The notes beneath the pieces are model-generated. The model saw only the letters and a list, made by a program, of their open reading frames with translations. It made no database searches and was not told where the DNA came from. Positions 22,302 through 34,800 of a DNA stretch of 64,000 bases are shown here, in pieces. This DNA is from Flectonema sp. DT1601 (Eukaryota). The stretch covers positions 744,001 to 808,000 of the forward strand of contig OZ025803.1 of the NCBI GenBank assembly GCA_964019425.1. Reading direction: 5' to 3'. Made by a program: the position numbers and the translations under genes. Each line of letters opens with the position of its first letter. The first letter of the stretch is position 1.

Positions 22302-24137
22302 CTAGTCAATTAATAACGATTTCAACACACTGCTAGCTCCTGCAGCTGTACCTCTGATCTCCGAGTCATGACTACAAAGTTTAACAACAAGAGTGACGAG
22401 TGCTTCAGGTAAGGAAACCATCGCCTGTCTGATGGAAGCCTCGAGAGTTTCAGGTGTCCACTTTTCAGAATTGAGAAGAAGAGAACCTTCGGCAGTCGCA
22501 GTCTGCGACCTTCCCGGTAGCGGTAGAGTTGGAAAAGTAGGAAGACAGCACATTTGAAATAATATAACGCCAACTGAGAACAAGTCTGAAGCAGGCGTCG
22601 TACGAAACCAAATCAACGTTTCGGGTGCTGCATATTGAAAAGTACCCCCTTGCGAAGAAATGCAGGATTCTAACAGCAATCTGCTAATGTCAAAGTCTAC
22701 CAACACAGCTTTGGTACTGTGGTTTGTTAGTAAGATATTCTCAGGCTTCACATCTCTGTGTATAACAGGAGGTGTTTGACTGTGTAAATATCGTATTGCA
22801 GACAGTATTTGGTATCCAAGCTTTAGTCTTTCTTTTACAGCTATTTTCGATGATTTCTTTATATAATTACCCAGATGTCCACATTCATAAAACGGCATTG
22901 CAATTCTCAATTTTGGTTTTCCTTTCGAAGACCATGAAGCTTCCACACTCAAATATCTAACAATATTCTTATGTCTTACACTCCTACTGTGAAACATTGC
23001 TTTATCGAATCTCTCTTTTAACTGGTCTACAGTACTGCATACAACATCTTTTCTTGCGTGGTACCGCTCTGTTTTCTTATCTTTGACCAAGTTCAATTCT
23101 CCCTGTGAACCTTTTCCTAGAAATTTAATAATTTCTAGTCTAGAGTAGTTTGGACGTCTGCTTTGAAGTTGAATGAAGAATTGAAATGATTCTTTTTGAA
23201 GGTAGCGAATGGATCGCCGTTGGCTATGTTCACGTAATTTAAATGATAGTAATGCTTGTGGGACATCAATGTATTTGAACCGACTCTTTGCATATGCAGA
23301 GAGTAAGAGTGTTCTACTATGCGATTCACACGACTGAATACCAGTACCAAGATTAGATGACCAAGACTTTATTGAATCACGAGTCAACATAAACACTTCA
23401 TGAGCATTTGACAAGTCAGAAGCATATCCAACGATACGTATCCATGTTGATACCGCTGCTATTTGACTTGTACCTGACTGTAAGATTATTAGTAAAGCCC
23501 TTCTAACTTCTCGTATATTCAATTGAGGAATAACACGAAGAGCAACTGCAGCACGAGACCTTGCCGGGAGAACTATAAAGTGGAGGACAAGTAGCACTCT
23601 TGTGAATGCTTCTTCTTCAAGTAGTACACCCCTTGCGATTGATTCTTGATGTTTGTGAGTTTGACGGGCAACAGTGTAGTGTTTTGCTTGAATGCTGGGA
23701 CTCAGCCAGAACAAAAGTTTTTTACCAACATCTGTAACCTCATCAACTACAGCAGAGACAACAGGATCATGTTCAAATATCTTTTTAAGTGGAGATAGAT
23801 CACTCTGTTCTTCACCACTCATTATTGATTGAGAAGCTAATTTACAACACTGCAACCTCCAGCGAACCCAAGTCGTTACTCCACTCAGTAGTGTGCAATC
23901 TTCCATCAGAATTCTTCTCGTGAACCACTTGTGTACCGCTCTAGCAATTCTCTCCGCTGCTAACTTCCTTCCTAATAACGGCTTCTCGGTCCTTTGTGTG
24001 CCTCGTGGAGTTAACTTTCGTTGTCTTGTTACTTTGATCTGAATATCTGTTTTCAACGCCTTCTGCTCGTCCTTCCATTTACTTCCAAATGTTTGAGTGC
24101 GGGGAAGGTAGGGTTGTGGAGCATTTTTCGGGCGCAT
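22302..24137 (-). CDS. Ser/Thr protein kinase (NEK-like C-terminal kinase domain, long N-terminal extension)
   Basis: LGKGSQG, HARK, HRDVKPEN, DFD (DFG variant), GGTFQYAAPE, SDLFSVG. IQ-like 'AAERIARAVHKWFTRR' near the N-terminus. Confidence 0.9.
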   Translation of the reverse strand: MRPKNAPQPYLPRTQTFGSKWKDEQKALKTDIQIKVTRQRKLTPRGTQRTEKPLLGRKLAAERIARAVHKWFTRRILMEDCTLLSGVTTWVRWRLQCCKLASQSIMSGEEQSDLSPLKKIFEHDPVVSAVVDEVTDVGKKLLFWLSPSIQAKHYTVARQTHKHQESIARGVLLEEEAFTRVLLVLHFIVLPARSRAAVALRVIPQLNIREVRRALLIILQSGTSQIAAVSTWIRIVGYASDLSNAHEVFMLTRDSIKSWSSNLGTGIQSCESHSRTLLLSAYAKSRFKYIDVPQALLSFKLREHSQRRSIRYLQKESFQFFIQLQSRRPNYSRLEIIKFLGKGSQGELNLVKDKKTERYHARKDVVCSTVDQLKERFDKAMFHSRSVRHKNIVRYLSVEASWSSKGKPKLRIAMPFYECGHLGNYIKKSSKIAVKERLKLGYQILSAIRYLHSQTPPVIHRDVKPENILLTNHSTKAVLVDFDISRLLLESCISSQGGTFQYAAPETLIWFRTTPASDLFSVGVILFQMCCLPTFPTLPLPGRSQTATAEGSLLLNSEKWTPETLEASIRQAMVSLPEALVTLVVKLCSHDSEIRGTAAGASSVLKSLLID

Positions 24138-26171
24138 CTGCTGCTAAAAGGAATTAATAGTTAAACACTTCTACAAAACTGACATAATTGTTAATGACTG
24201 CTGAGAGTTAAAATGTAAATTAACTTTGAATTAAACCCATTCGACTGCAGTACTGAAATGTAACAACGAAAGTATCGTTTATTTTGTACCTTTATTTTTC
24301 TTTGTTTTTTTTTTGTTTTTTCCTTTTTTCCAGAGTTTTCGCGATGAGAGAACACAAGGCGAACCGCAACAAAAAATATTCGTCGACCGCGCGAAAATTG
24401 AATGTAGCGCACAGGCTTGTTACAAAGCAATCATTGAGGGGGGTTAACTGATATCAATCTCATAGTTCATAACCAGCCGGTAAGTCGAACATTGTTTAGA
24501 TTAATTAATAAGCTTAACCAACAGCCTATCACAAGTTACTGAACAGAAATAGCAGAGAATCCTTCTCTTGAGAGTAAATACTACCAAAAAAGTGTTGAAA
24601 ATTGGTTGCAAAAGAGAGAGTATTCTGTGATTGAAAAAATGTTGCAAACTGTCAATTAGTTTCATCAAAAGAAAGATTGATAATTTGTTATTTCATCTGC
24701 CAAGGTAATTTAAAATATTACCCTTCGTAGGCTGAGAAGGCAGATTGTCAATCGCTGAGGCTGCTTACCTAGCGGGATGGGCTTCGTCTCGTTTTGCAGA
24801 CATCTCTATTCTGTCAGTGAATTAGAAAGAAAAAAAGTGGGGGCAACTTGATACTGTAATTAAATATAAAGCAACTTGAAACTGGCCAAAACTAAATTAA
24901 GGTTCGGCCAAATCTGGTTTCCATGAAAAAAAGACCAACAGAGGAGGAAAAGAAGTAAAAAAAGGCACGCAACCATGCTTTTTTTTTTTTTTTCTTTTCC
25001 CCCTTGCTTTTTATTAAGGATGTCAGCCCTCGTTAATCCTTATGTCAGACTAGCTGAGAAGACACAAACAAAAAGAAGAATGTAGAATTCTCAATAAACG
25101 AATTCTTCATCGTAATATTTATTTGTGAAAAAAAAAAAAGGATTCGAGCTACCGGTCTTTTTTTTTTTTTTTTTTTTTCTTTCTTTTTTTTAACCCTAAC
25201 ACATTTTATATAAGCCGTATAATAAAAATACAAAAAAATAATGAAAAAAACGGGGGGAAACCTAATAACACAAAAAAAAAAAAGGGGGGGAAAAGGAGGG
25301 TGGAGAATAACATGTTAACCCATATATGGAATACAAGAACAGGGCAGTGCGTTGTGTGTGTGTTGTTTGCGCAAAATAATCTTAGCTGTAGCAGCATGTT
25401 GTTTTTTTCAAGTCCTTACTACAAATCAGTTCGTGCATAAGCAAACAATAAGACACGGTTCATCCAGGTTTTATAAGTTATGGAAACACCGACCCAGGGT
25501 CATCTTCTTGTTCGAAATAAAACGAAGATTTTAAATTTAAAAAATAAACAAATCCGGGATATTTTTGATTTTGATGAACAGCTGAGATTGTAAGGGGCTT
25601 CCCATCGTATAATGCGCTTGTTAGACTTAACAACAGGATTCAAAATGCTTCATTGGCATTTCCAACAAAAATTTAGCCTATATTATTTATGGGAGCTACA
25701 ACCATGAAAATAAATAGAATGTATAAAACAAAAAAAAAAAAACTTGAATTTGGGACAAAATATTTTTTTTTTTTTTTTTTTTTTTGTCATCCCACCGAAG
25801 GAAGATGTTGGAGAAGACAAAGCGCTTACAGAATGAATGAGATTTCCAAAAAAAAATCGCTGTAAAGCTTAATGAAATAGAAAGCGAACCGGATTGCAAA
25901 CGCAATTCTACTGGTGACGAGAAACAAATACTGAGGTGGGGAAAAGAAAATAAGAAATACAAACGGAGGTTAGTAAAGAATATCTGCGGGGAAAGAGTCG
26001 AGTTTTTTTTTTTTTTTATTATTATTTTTTTTTATTTTTTTCCCACCTGCGAAGTGGATTAAATTGCCTGAACACGATTTTCTTCTTGAGGGGGGCTAAA
26101 TGTTGCAGACCTACAAGAAAAAAGTTCGCTGCTTTTCTGTTTTAGCAATCGATTCTCGGACAGGTTGGCCA

Positions 26172-27419
26172 CTAATAACGAGAGTCTGTTTTGCGAATTA
26201 GGTATCCCTTTGCACAAAAGCTTTTGGATTACTTACCTTCTTTAATGTTATCAGTGAACATCTCATTTGGGAATAGGAGAGATACAGATCTCAGTTCCCC
26301 CGTTTCGAACCACTCAAGCAGTCCTGTGTTGGGTTTGTTTGTAGTGCAAGGCTAATGTTGTCTAAAAGAATAATAACTCAACATACCTGGATCCTGAACA
26401 TCAAGAACAAGATTAAACAATGTGAGTAAGAAAGCAGAATGAGTGACAACAGCAACGTCAGTTTCAGGTTTTGTGGAAAGCCAGTCAAGGAACTCTTTAG
26501 CACGATTAGCTGTATCCAACCAGGTCTCACCAGGTTTAGTTGAAGTAATTTCAAGTGGATCAGCCTCAGATATGAGTGAGTAGTCAACACCAGGGAACTC
26601 GTCCTGAAGAACATGTTTTGCCTTTCGATGGTCACACGGATTCCCGTGTGCTCTTTCTCTTAATAACTCACAAGCAATAAACGGCGCCTTGCACTCTGCT
26701 GCTCTTGCTGACCACGCAATACATCCAGTCTCTGTGGCTCTTCTCAGAGGTGATACAATTACAGTTTCTATAAAAATATTATTATTTGTAATGTGAGAAG
26801 CAATATCTCCTGCTTGCTTCTTCCCAAGTCTCGTTAAGCGAGCGTCCAGCCACTCGCTTGATTTGTATTCGCTGCAGCCTTTTATTCTCGCTGCTGAGTT
26901 TGAAGTTCCTTCACCGTGTCTTAAAAAATGAACGTTTTTAACACGATGCGTCTTTGCGTGTCCATTAGACTCTGTTTGTGCATACCGAGTAGCTCTGACT
27001 TTGGAGAGCGGGACAAGGTGGGAGTAGACTTGTAGTTGTTCGTATTTTCGTTCCTTTTTTTCTTGTGCTTCAGGGAAGACACGGGTGCTGCATGCTCCGA
27101 ACTCTGTTTGACGAACTTTAATGATTTCGTTAATACTGTCTTCACAAGAATGCATTGAATCAGCGTGATAAGATGAAACACTTAATAAACCTGATGCATC
27201 CATTCCACTTATTGTTAACCCACTCGCTGCTAAGCTTCCTAAATCATCTAATGTACTATGTGTAGGGACCGTTGATACAGTTTCCCCTCTTGGTGACTCA
27301 TTCCTGTTATCGTCTTTTTCTTCTGCGTCAACTTTAACAGAATTCTTCTTCTTCTTCATACAACATCCAACTAGTACAGCCGCCCCCGCTGCGGCCACCG
27401 CCGGAGTGACCGTTGTCAT
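26172..27419 (-). CDS. Histidine phosphatase / phosphoglycerate mutase-like protein; exons 27419-26387, 26323-26237 and probably 26185-26172
   Basis: RHGEG, DARLT..G..QA, SPLRRA.ET, ELLRER...NPCD.R, VVTHSAFL. A 63-nt GT-AG intron restores the family C-terminal motif WFETGELRSV. The last exon (DSRY*) is less certain. Confidence 0.85.
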
Positions 27420-27719
27420 TGTAGTCCCTGAGAGTGAAAAGTATGGTATCTTGTAAATACAAGTAAAAGGAATTGTGATGTACTCGTATGTTAGGTTCCT
27501 GACTCGTTCATTTTTGATAGTTTAACCTATTTGATGAAAGGATTGATATTGATTAATTCATAACAATAAAAAACAATAATAAAGGAAATACAATTAATCT
27601 TATTCTACTTGTGAATTCTAAATATAAAATATACCATGTGTGAATAACATAACTAAATCTATTAAAGTTGGCTAGCGCAGGGTCTTTTCAAGTCAGAATG
27701 ATAGATCGTAACAGTTGCA

Positions 27720-28268
27720 TTATGGATGAGGGATAGGAACTGGTGATTGAAAAGATCTCGAAGGCGATACAAACTGTGGTGAGTACGCATACTCCGGTGG
27801 ATTCGTCCAATTAGAAGGAAGAGGAGCTGATGGACCAGCTACCTCCCACTTCGGCTGTGATTGACTTGGAGAAGGTACTGAATAGTCAAGCGGTCGAGGA
27901 ACAGAATGAATATCTACCGATAAATGAGATGGTCTCTCCGGAAGAGCAACTTGTGGTTCTGCTGTTGGTTGGTAACCACTCGCAAAGTATAAAACTATTA
28001 AGAATGCAACTGGAAGTAATAAAGGAAGCATCATTATTAACCAAACTCCCCACCATTCCTTTTCGTAACTGACCCAACCTCCAACCTGACCCGCTGGTAA
28101 TATTATCGAATATAACATCATTATCATTAGTAGAGTGGAGTAGCTTGTGTTGTTTCCATTTTCTTTTAATACTTTTCTAACTTTTTTATACTTCAGCCAC
28201 ATCAATATCAACAGCCAGACTTCTAACATCGTTACAAAAACGAGTCCCCAAAGTGATGCTCTCGCCAT
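27720..28268 (-). CDS. Small multi-pass membrane protein (3 hydrophobic segments, Pro/Ser-rich tail); 5' end uncertain
   Basis: Three TM-like segments followed by a Pro-rich tail with a PPEY (PY) motif. The frame is open for 9 more codons upstream of the ATG, so an upstream exon is possible. Confidence 0.6.
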   Translation of the reverse strand: MARASLWGLVFVTMLEVWLLILMWLKYKKVRKVLKENGNNTSYSTLLMIMMLYSIILPAGQVGGWVSYEKEWWGVWLIMMLPLLLPVAFLIVLYFASGYQPTAEPQVALPERPSHLSVDIHSVPRPLDYSVPSPSQSQPKWEVAGPSAPLPSNWTNPPEYAYSPQFVSPSRSFQSPVPIPHP

Positions 28269-28538
28269 GTGGTAACCGTTAATGTGTACTAACCTTTAGA
28301 AATATAGATGAGTGAAGAGAACAATACATCTGCTGCAATAAAAAATAATTCAAACATTCACAACAAGCAGTGTACCGATTAACTGATGTGTAAAAGGTCA
28401 CAGACGGTAGTGTAAATAACAGATTAGTGTAGTAACTACACTGCCGTAACATAAACGCTGCGCATGTTAGTTGGGTAACAAAGAGGATGTTGTTAGTCGC
28501 TCGATAACTATATATATCTTTGTGAGGAGAAGATCTAA

Positions 28539-28840
28539 AGTAGCATGCCGGAGCTTCCGCTTCCGACGCCGTGGTCGTTGAAATCGAAACGAGATCCACC
28601 AAGGCTTCCAAGTCCTCCCATTGCAACTGTTTTGGGTATTTGTAATGAATGTTATTATTAAGTTTAATATAATATTTTTATTAACAACATACCATTCGCC
28701 GTCGCTGAGTCATCTATTCCGTTGATTGTTCCGCCTACTGACGTGCTTGGCATCGCTCCTTTTAATTTTTCATTCATAATATCATCGTCTTGCATTACTT
28801 TCATGAGGTCACTGCTCGATACCCCATCCTTCTTTCCCAT
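28539..28840 (-). CDS. Possible small two-exon protein (~80 aa), or 5' exons of the adjacent membrane protein
   Basis: ATG at 28840 right after a poly(A) tract (MGKKDGVSSSDLMKVMQDDD...), a GTATGT donor near 28692 and an AACAG acceptor near 28628 give VAMGGLGSLGGSRFDFNDHGVGSGSSGMLL*. Not in the ORF track. Confidence 0.35.
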
Positions 28841-31800
28841 TTTTTTATTTTTTTTTTTTTTTTTAAATTGCTAAATATTTGATTTTATGAAGAAATAAAA
28901 GGAATAAAGGTAATCTTGTCTGGAGATAATTTACTCATTGTTTTTTTCAGTTTAGAATGAGGCTGTAGGAAATAAAAAAGTAGCATAAATGAAAAATAGG
29001 ATGTTTTTTTTTTTCCACTGATATTTTGTATTAAGCAAATCCATGCTTAATTTTTCTGTTCAATTTTTTGAAGAGAAGTAAAGAAAATGTTCTTTTCACC
29101 TAACAAAAATGCTGGGGAACTTTTTATGTTAATTAAATATCAACGGTGTATAAACACGTGCAGCGATTTTTTTTTTTTCCTTTTTATAAGAAACAACAAT
29201 ACTAGCTGGATTTACCAACCCGAAAAAAAAAAGAAATAACACAAATAAATAACAAGATCGTAGACTCGTAATTCAGAAGAGAAAAAGGAATGGAAGATCA
29301 TCCTCCCTTAAGTCCTTATCATCATACTGAGAGTACAAGGTAGTATGTAGGAAGCACTATCAATATTTCTTTTTATTTATTTATTTACGAAGCCTAGCCA
29401 GGAAAAGCTCAACAAGGGTAACAGTTATATCGCTACCAGCAACTGTGAGACTCTCACAGACGATAAGAGACGTAGAATAACCTGGAACAAATGACTACCT
29501 AAACCCACCGTCCACGAGAGCAGACAGTATTAGAGACGGCTGATAACGCCAATTTTCATTTTAATAGCAAACATCATTCTATGTGACTGTTAATACACTA
29601 TAAGAGCTGGTCATATGAAGCTTACGAAAAAACCATTCAGATAAGCAGCTTTATATATTTTGTTGATCGCAGCTAGTTTTACTGGCGCACAGGGAAATAG
29701 ATAACATGACCGACTTCGTCGGTGCAAAAAAAAAAAAAAAAAAAAAAAAAGCTCAAGAATTTATTATTTCTTTTTTTTTTTTTTTTTTTTCGTTGTTTTT
29801 TTAATAATACCGTGAGTTAGAATTTAGCTTAAACAAGACTCTTAAAAAACAACTACTCACATTTTTTTTTTTTTTTTGAAATTCTGAAGAAAAAAAGAAT
29901 TCTTTTTTTTTTCGAAAAACCAGAGAGAGAGAAAAAAAAAAAAACACACGTAGGTTTTTATTCAGCAAAAGCATCTAAAAACACTGCAAAGGCAAACACC
30001 GCAACTTCACTATCTGAAATAAAAAAAAAAGATAAAAACCCTTATTCAGTCAAGCGTTGATATGAAAGTCAGGTAAGTTCAGCAACAGAGAACCCAATTC
30101 ATAACCGTTTTTGAAAACAGATTTTAGCTTTAGCTAAAATTGAATTCATATAAGAAATTAAAAAGGACACCTGTTCAGCTTTCCACTTTACCTTTTTTTG
30201 CATTTTTAGTTAGAATATGAGTTTATTTAGTTTGTTTAAAAGAAAATGAAAGGGGGAAAAAAAAAAAAAAAAAAAATGCACTTTTTAAGGAAATAAGATA
30301 ACTGATGAAAAAAAAAAAAAATATATATATAAAAATAAAGCAGTTCTGCTATTCCGTTAATAACACTATTTAGAAAAAAGTAGTGTCATAATAATCTAAA
30401 ACTATTTTTTTTTTTTTTTTTTTTTTTTTTCCTTCTGGCATTTATAATCAGTAAGTTCTGGGGAACTTTATTCTAAATTTAAATCAGTTGTCAGTAAGTG
30501 GTTAGTCAATCCATCGTTGGAGATTACCCATCAGTAATACTCAGTCAACCAAAAAAAATGTAACTTATTAAAAGAAAGTGACACTAATCTTCAGATAATG
30601 TCAGTGAAAGTTTACTTTCTAGGGTAGCAAAAAAACAAAGAAAACTTTGCAAAAAAAAAAAAAAAAAAAAAAAAATGTACGTTACAAACTTTTTCAAAGC
30701 AAAGTTTTGCTTACAAGAAAAAAAAACTATAAAAAAAACCATATGCAGATCAGCCTTATATTTCGTTGAACGCAGACTGGATTGTCGCACGGAAAATAAA
30801 TCATGACCATAAGAAATAACGGCTTTCAATCTGAATTTTTTTTTTTTTTTCGAAGTCAAGGAAGTCAGGGAAGTCAATTAAGATTAGTTCTCACCGACTG
30901 TCGGTTCAAAAAAAAAAAAAAGAGAATTTTCAAATATCCACGAAGCAAGCCCAGGAATTCCTGGGCGACAACACACAACAAAAGAAAACTTCTGATAAAC
31001 AGAACTGACACTAAAAGAGGAAGGAAGACACAAAGACCATTGCTCGATAATTTATTTTACTCATTAAAACTACACAAGTAATGCTCTACTAAAAAGAGCA
31101 ATCAATGAACTCACGTCACATTTCCTCATTGTCGAGGGTAATGCGTTCCCTAATTTCCTCAAATACTTTGGAGAAAATATTAATTAGTTAATCAAGAAGC
31201 TTGAGTGAGGAAAAAGGATAAAAAACCAGAGGTAAGTTCCTCTATGGAACTGTAGTCAGTAACTCTACCAAATCTCCCGAAGCTCTTTAGTATCGGATGG
31301 TGACAATAGCAATGTGGACGCATAAGCCAACTAGAAATAGCAAGATATTATGTTATCAGCCATGTGAGTGAAAGTAAAGCTATTCGAAATTGAGTTTCTT
31401 CTTTTTTTTTTTTTTTTTGAGTTGGGTTTGCATTGTTTAATGCCAACAGAACCGTTCGCTAGAATAAGATGAACGAATTGGTCAGCAATTCAACTGAAAC
31501 ACAACTAATATCCTAATTAGTATTTTTTTTTTAAAAAAAAAATAATAACCGAAGAACAAGTGAGAATGATGATTTAAATTTTAAATTCTTCGGACCATTC
31601 CCCTCTTCAGAGAAAGTAAAGGGGGAAAAGAATTATCAGGCCTTCTGATTATTGTTCAACAAGACACCATTCTCAAAGAAGAAGAAAATTATTTTGACAA
31701 TTAGTCTGTCTAAATGAAGACATTGTCAAAAGGTAAAAGAAAAAAGAAATATAACGGAAACAGTCAACTAGTTCAGCTACTAAAGTTACTAAAGAAGTAT

Positions 31801-34800
31801 TACTCTGAATCGAGTTGAGATGTCCCAACTTTCTTAAAATGCAATTTCTTATTGTTGTTTGGTTCCCTCCTATTGTGATTATTTTATCACTTTTTCACTT
31901 TATGTGGTTTGTCGGAGTGGCCTCGTGTCAACAATGTTAAACTACAATGGGGTCATAGATTCATTTGAATTAGATTCGGAGCAACTCTCAAAACTTTTTG
32001 CTTTCGCAAGTCGGTTGATCTTTTTTTTTTTTTTTTTTTCTTTCCCAATGGTACGAGGGTCCGACCAAAACTCATACTAAGGAAGAAGCAAGAAAGAAAT
32101 ACTACTTTTTTGAGGTTAGTACTAGCTAGCTATTCATTCAGCGCTGCTGTTTACTTATGAGCAACCATGTTAACAAGAACCCTCAAACAAAAACAAAGTA
32201 CTGAATTCGACGGCAGTACAGCAGGGAAAAGTCCTCCCCCTTTTTACTTTTTTGTAGAAGTTAGCAAGTCCATCAGACCACCGAGTATCGGTTAGGTAGA
32301 CACTCAAATAGAACCCGTAGAGGGTTGAACCAAATCCCAAGGGGGATTACTCAATTAGTTTCGGTACAGGACATAACAGATCAAGAGATCTACAACTGCA
32401 GTAGTAGTTTCTCAAGAAGTTCTCTGGAGGGAAAAAAAATTTAGAAAAACAAACTATCAAGTCGTCGAGGACATTAAGACCAGCCTAACCTCGCGAGACC
32501 TTAAGAAATCTCAACCAGAATGGGTTGGAAAGTGAGAAGGAGGAAAAACAGCCTTTAGATTAACCCAAAAGGCGGGGCACCGTGCGCAAGAGGAGAATAA
32601 TGTTCCAGAACGAAGCGCGGGAAACATTATGAACCGAGTGCGTATAATTTCCCGCCTCGGGTTAATTAAGGCTCACCTAATCCACCACCTCAATCATATT
32701 ACAGTATCTGTATACTACAACAATATCATCTGTTTATTACAGATGAATACAATCAAACTTTTCGGGAAAATAGTAATGCTACACTGCACGAAAAAAGTGA
32801 ATCTAATTATCCCTCAGTTAGGTTAGCTACTAATACTCAGCACGGCTTTCCGAACCGAAAAGAAAAATGCAAATTAACTTACAGAAGAATTGAGACAATA
32901 GTATTCAGCTTTTAATCTCAACCTTGCTTTTTAAGAACAAGACCATAATGAGGTACCCCCATAATGCTTGTTAAATGAAAGGAAATTATAGGAACGTAAA
33001 GGAAGGTTAATATTAGGGCTAGAGTTTTTTTAAAAAAAGCCATTCCTCGGGTCATACCAGACTCACTGTGTGACTGTAAAGAAAGTGAAGGTAGAGCAAG
33101 TTTGTATGAAATACTTACTATAATATGAGTTTGGTTACTCAACAGTAACAGAGGACGTTGATCATCATGTGAAACCACAGCGAGAATACACAAATAAATA
33201 AAATAGTAATCAAAAATATAAAAAGAGGTGGGAAGGTCTTTAAAAAAAAAAAAAAAAAGAAATACACATTGTCCTGCTGTACCACAATACAGTGTGGAAT
33301 ACGTAACTTTAGTTAGTTTATCAAAAAAAATCAAAATCAAAAATTTTCGTAAGACCAACAAACCAACAATGATTAGTTTCGGGCTAAAATTAAAAAATCT
33401 TTCTTCGGACTATTCCCGTTACCCAGTCCTCTTCAGCAAAGAAAGCAAGGGGGACACTGCGGTTATAGGATTGTCCTACTCATCGCGTTTTCCCTTCTCA
33501 GAGGGGACCACGTCAACATGGTTATTTCTTTTACCATTTAACACAGTCCCCCCTAAATAAATATCTCAAACTATTTAGTTATTTTATAAATGTTGTCGTA
33601 TTCTCAGAGAGAGGATAATCAAATTTCACGTCACATAACAAAAAAAAAAAAAATAATGAGTGCGGAAAACATAGGTTTTAAAACTTTTTTCTTGAACTAA
33701 ACTAAGATTACTGAGAAATCCACTATGGTAATCACTCTCAGTTTTCCGTAGTGAAGTAAGAAATGTTTTAGTGATAAGCCACTGAAGATTTCAAAAAAGT
33801 ACATCAATGAAAAAAAAGTAAAGCGTCAATATAATTCTCAAAAATAACAAAACTTGAAAAGAACAAAAAAAAAAAAATTACCACCATTTTCAGTTTAAAC
33901 GCTAATGTTATTAATTAATTCTTTTGTGAAAGAAAGAAAAAATAAATAAATATAATTACCAATGATCAAGGATTTCCTTGTTAATCCATGCTAACGATTT
34001 GAAACTGAAAAAATAGGGTTGGTTTTTGGGAGTTAGTGGGAGGGTCAATTGCTCTAGTATAATACAACTAAGTGAATTGTATTACAGCAAAGAGTGGGTA
34101 AAAATGTAGAAAAAATAGTAATAAACCTTATAATACTAAAAGATAAGTAAGAGAGTACTGAACAGTATTAGCACTGTGACAGTCAGTTCTGTAACGTAAT
34201 AAATGAAAACTGCGTCTGAAGTATCCAATCTTGTTTAAACCCTCAAAGAGGTGAAACTTTGATAATGTAAAAACCTTTCCCTTTTGTATAGGTAATGCAA
34301 ATTACCATAGATACCACACGTATAACAGTGCTGTGGGTGATCTTGTAGAGGGTGGAAGCTAACGGGTTGATAAATGTATGAGTACATTTATGACAATGAA
34401 ACGGGAGGATAAACTGCATCATAAAACAACATAACGATAATTTAACATTAGTTTTAGATACAGTGTTCAGGTGTGATGCTTAACTAATCAAATTGTGTGA
34501 CAAGCATCTTAGTTAGCAAGCAGACTAGAATGAAGTTATTTATTTTTTCATGTTTATAAAAAAAATAAAAAAAAAAACATTATTCTTTTTGGTGATACGA
34601 AGCAAAGGAATGCATCCGTAGTTTGGTTCAGTTTATATTTAGCTTTCTAAAATAATTAAAAAGTACACAAGTAAGACTCAAGATGTGCAAATGGGAAGCA
34701 GAAATTCACATAGAACAACCCCATTAAGAAATAAAGAGCGCATACAGTTAGTGTTATTTTATTTTATTAGAAATTAGAAGGGAAAGAAAAAACAAAACTC

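Noticed and set aside
32221..32680. RNase P/MRP or telomerase RNA (gaaaagtcctc motif, nearby hairpins)
   Set aside because: No convincing CR-V/P4 partner and no full telomeric template; left to an Rfam scan.
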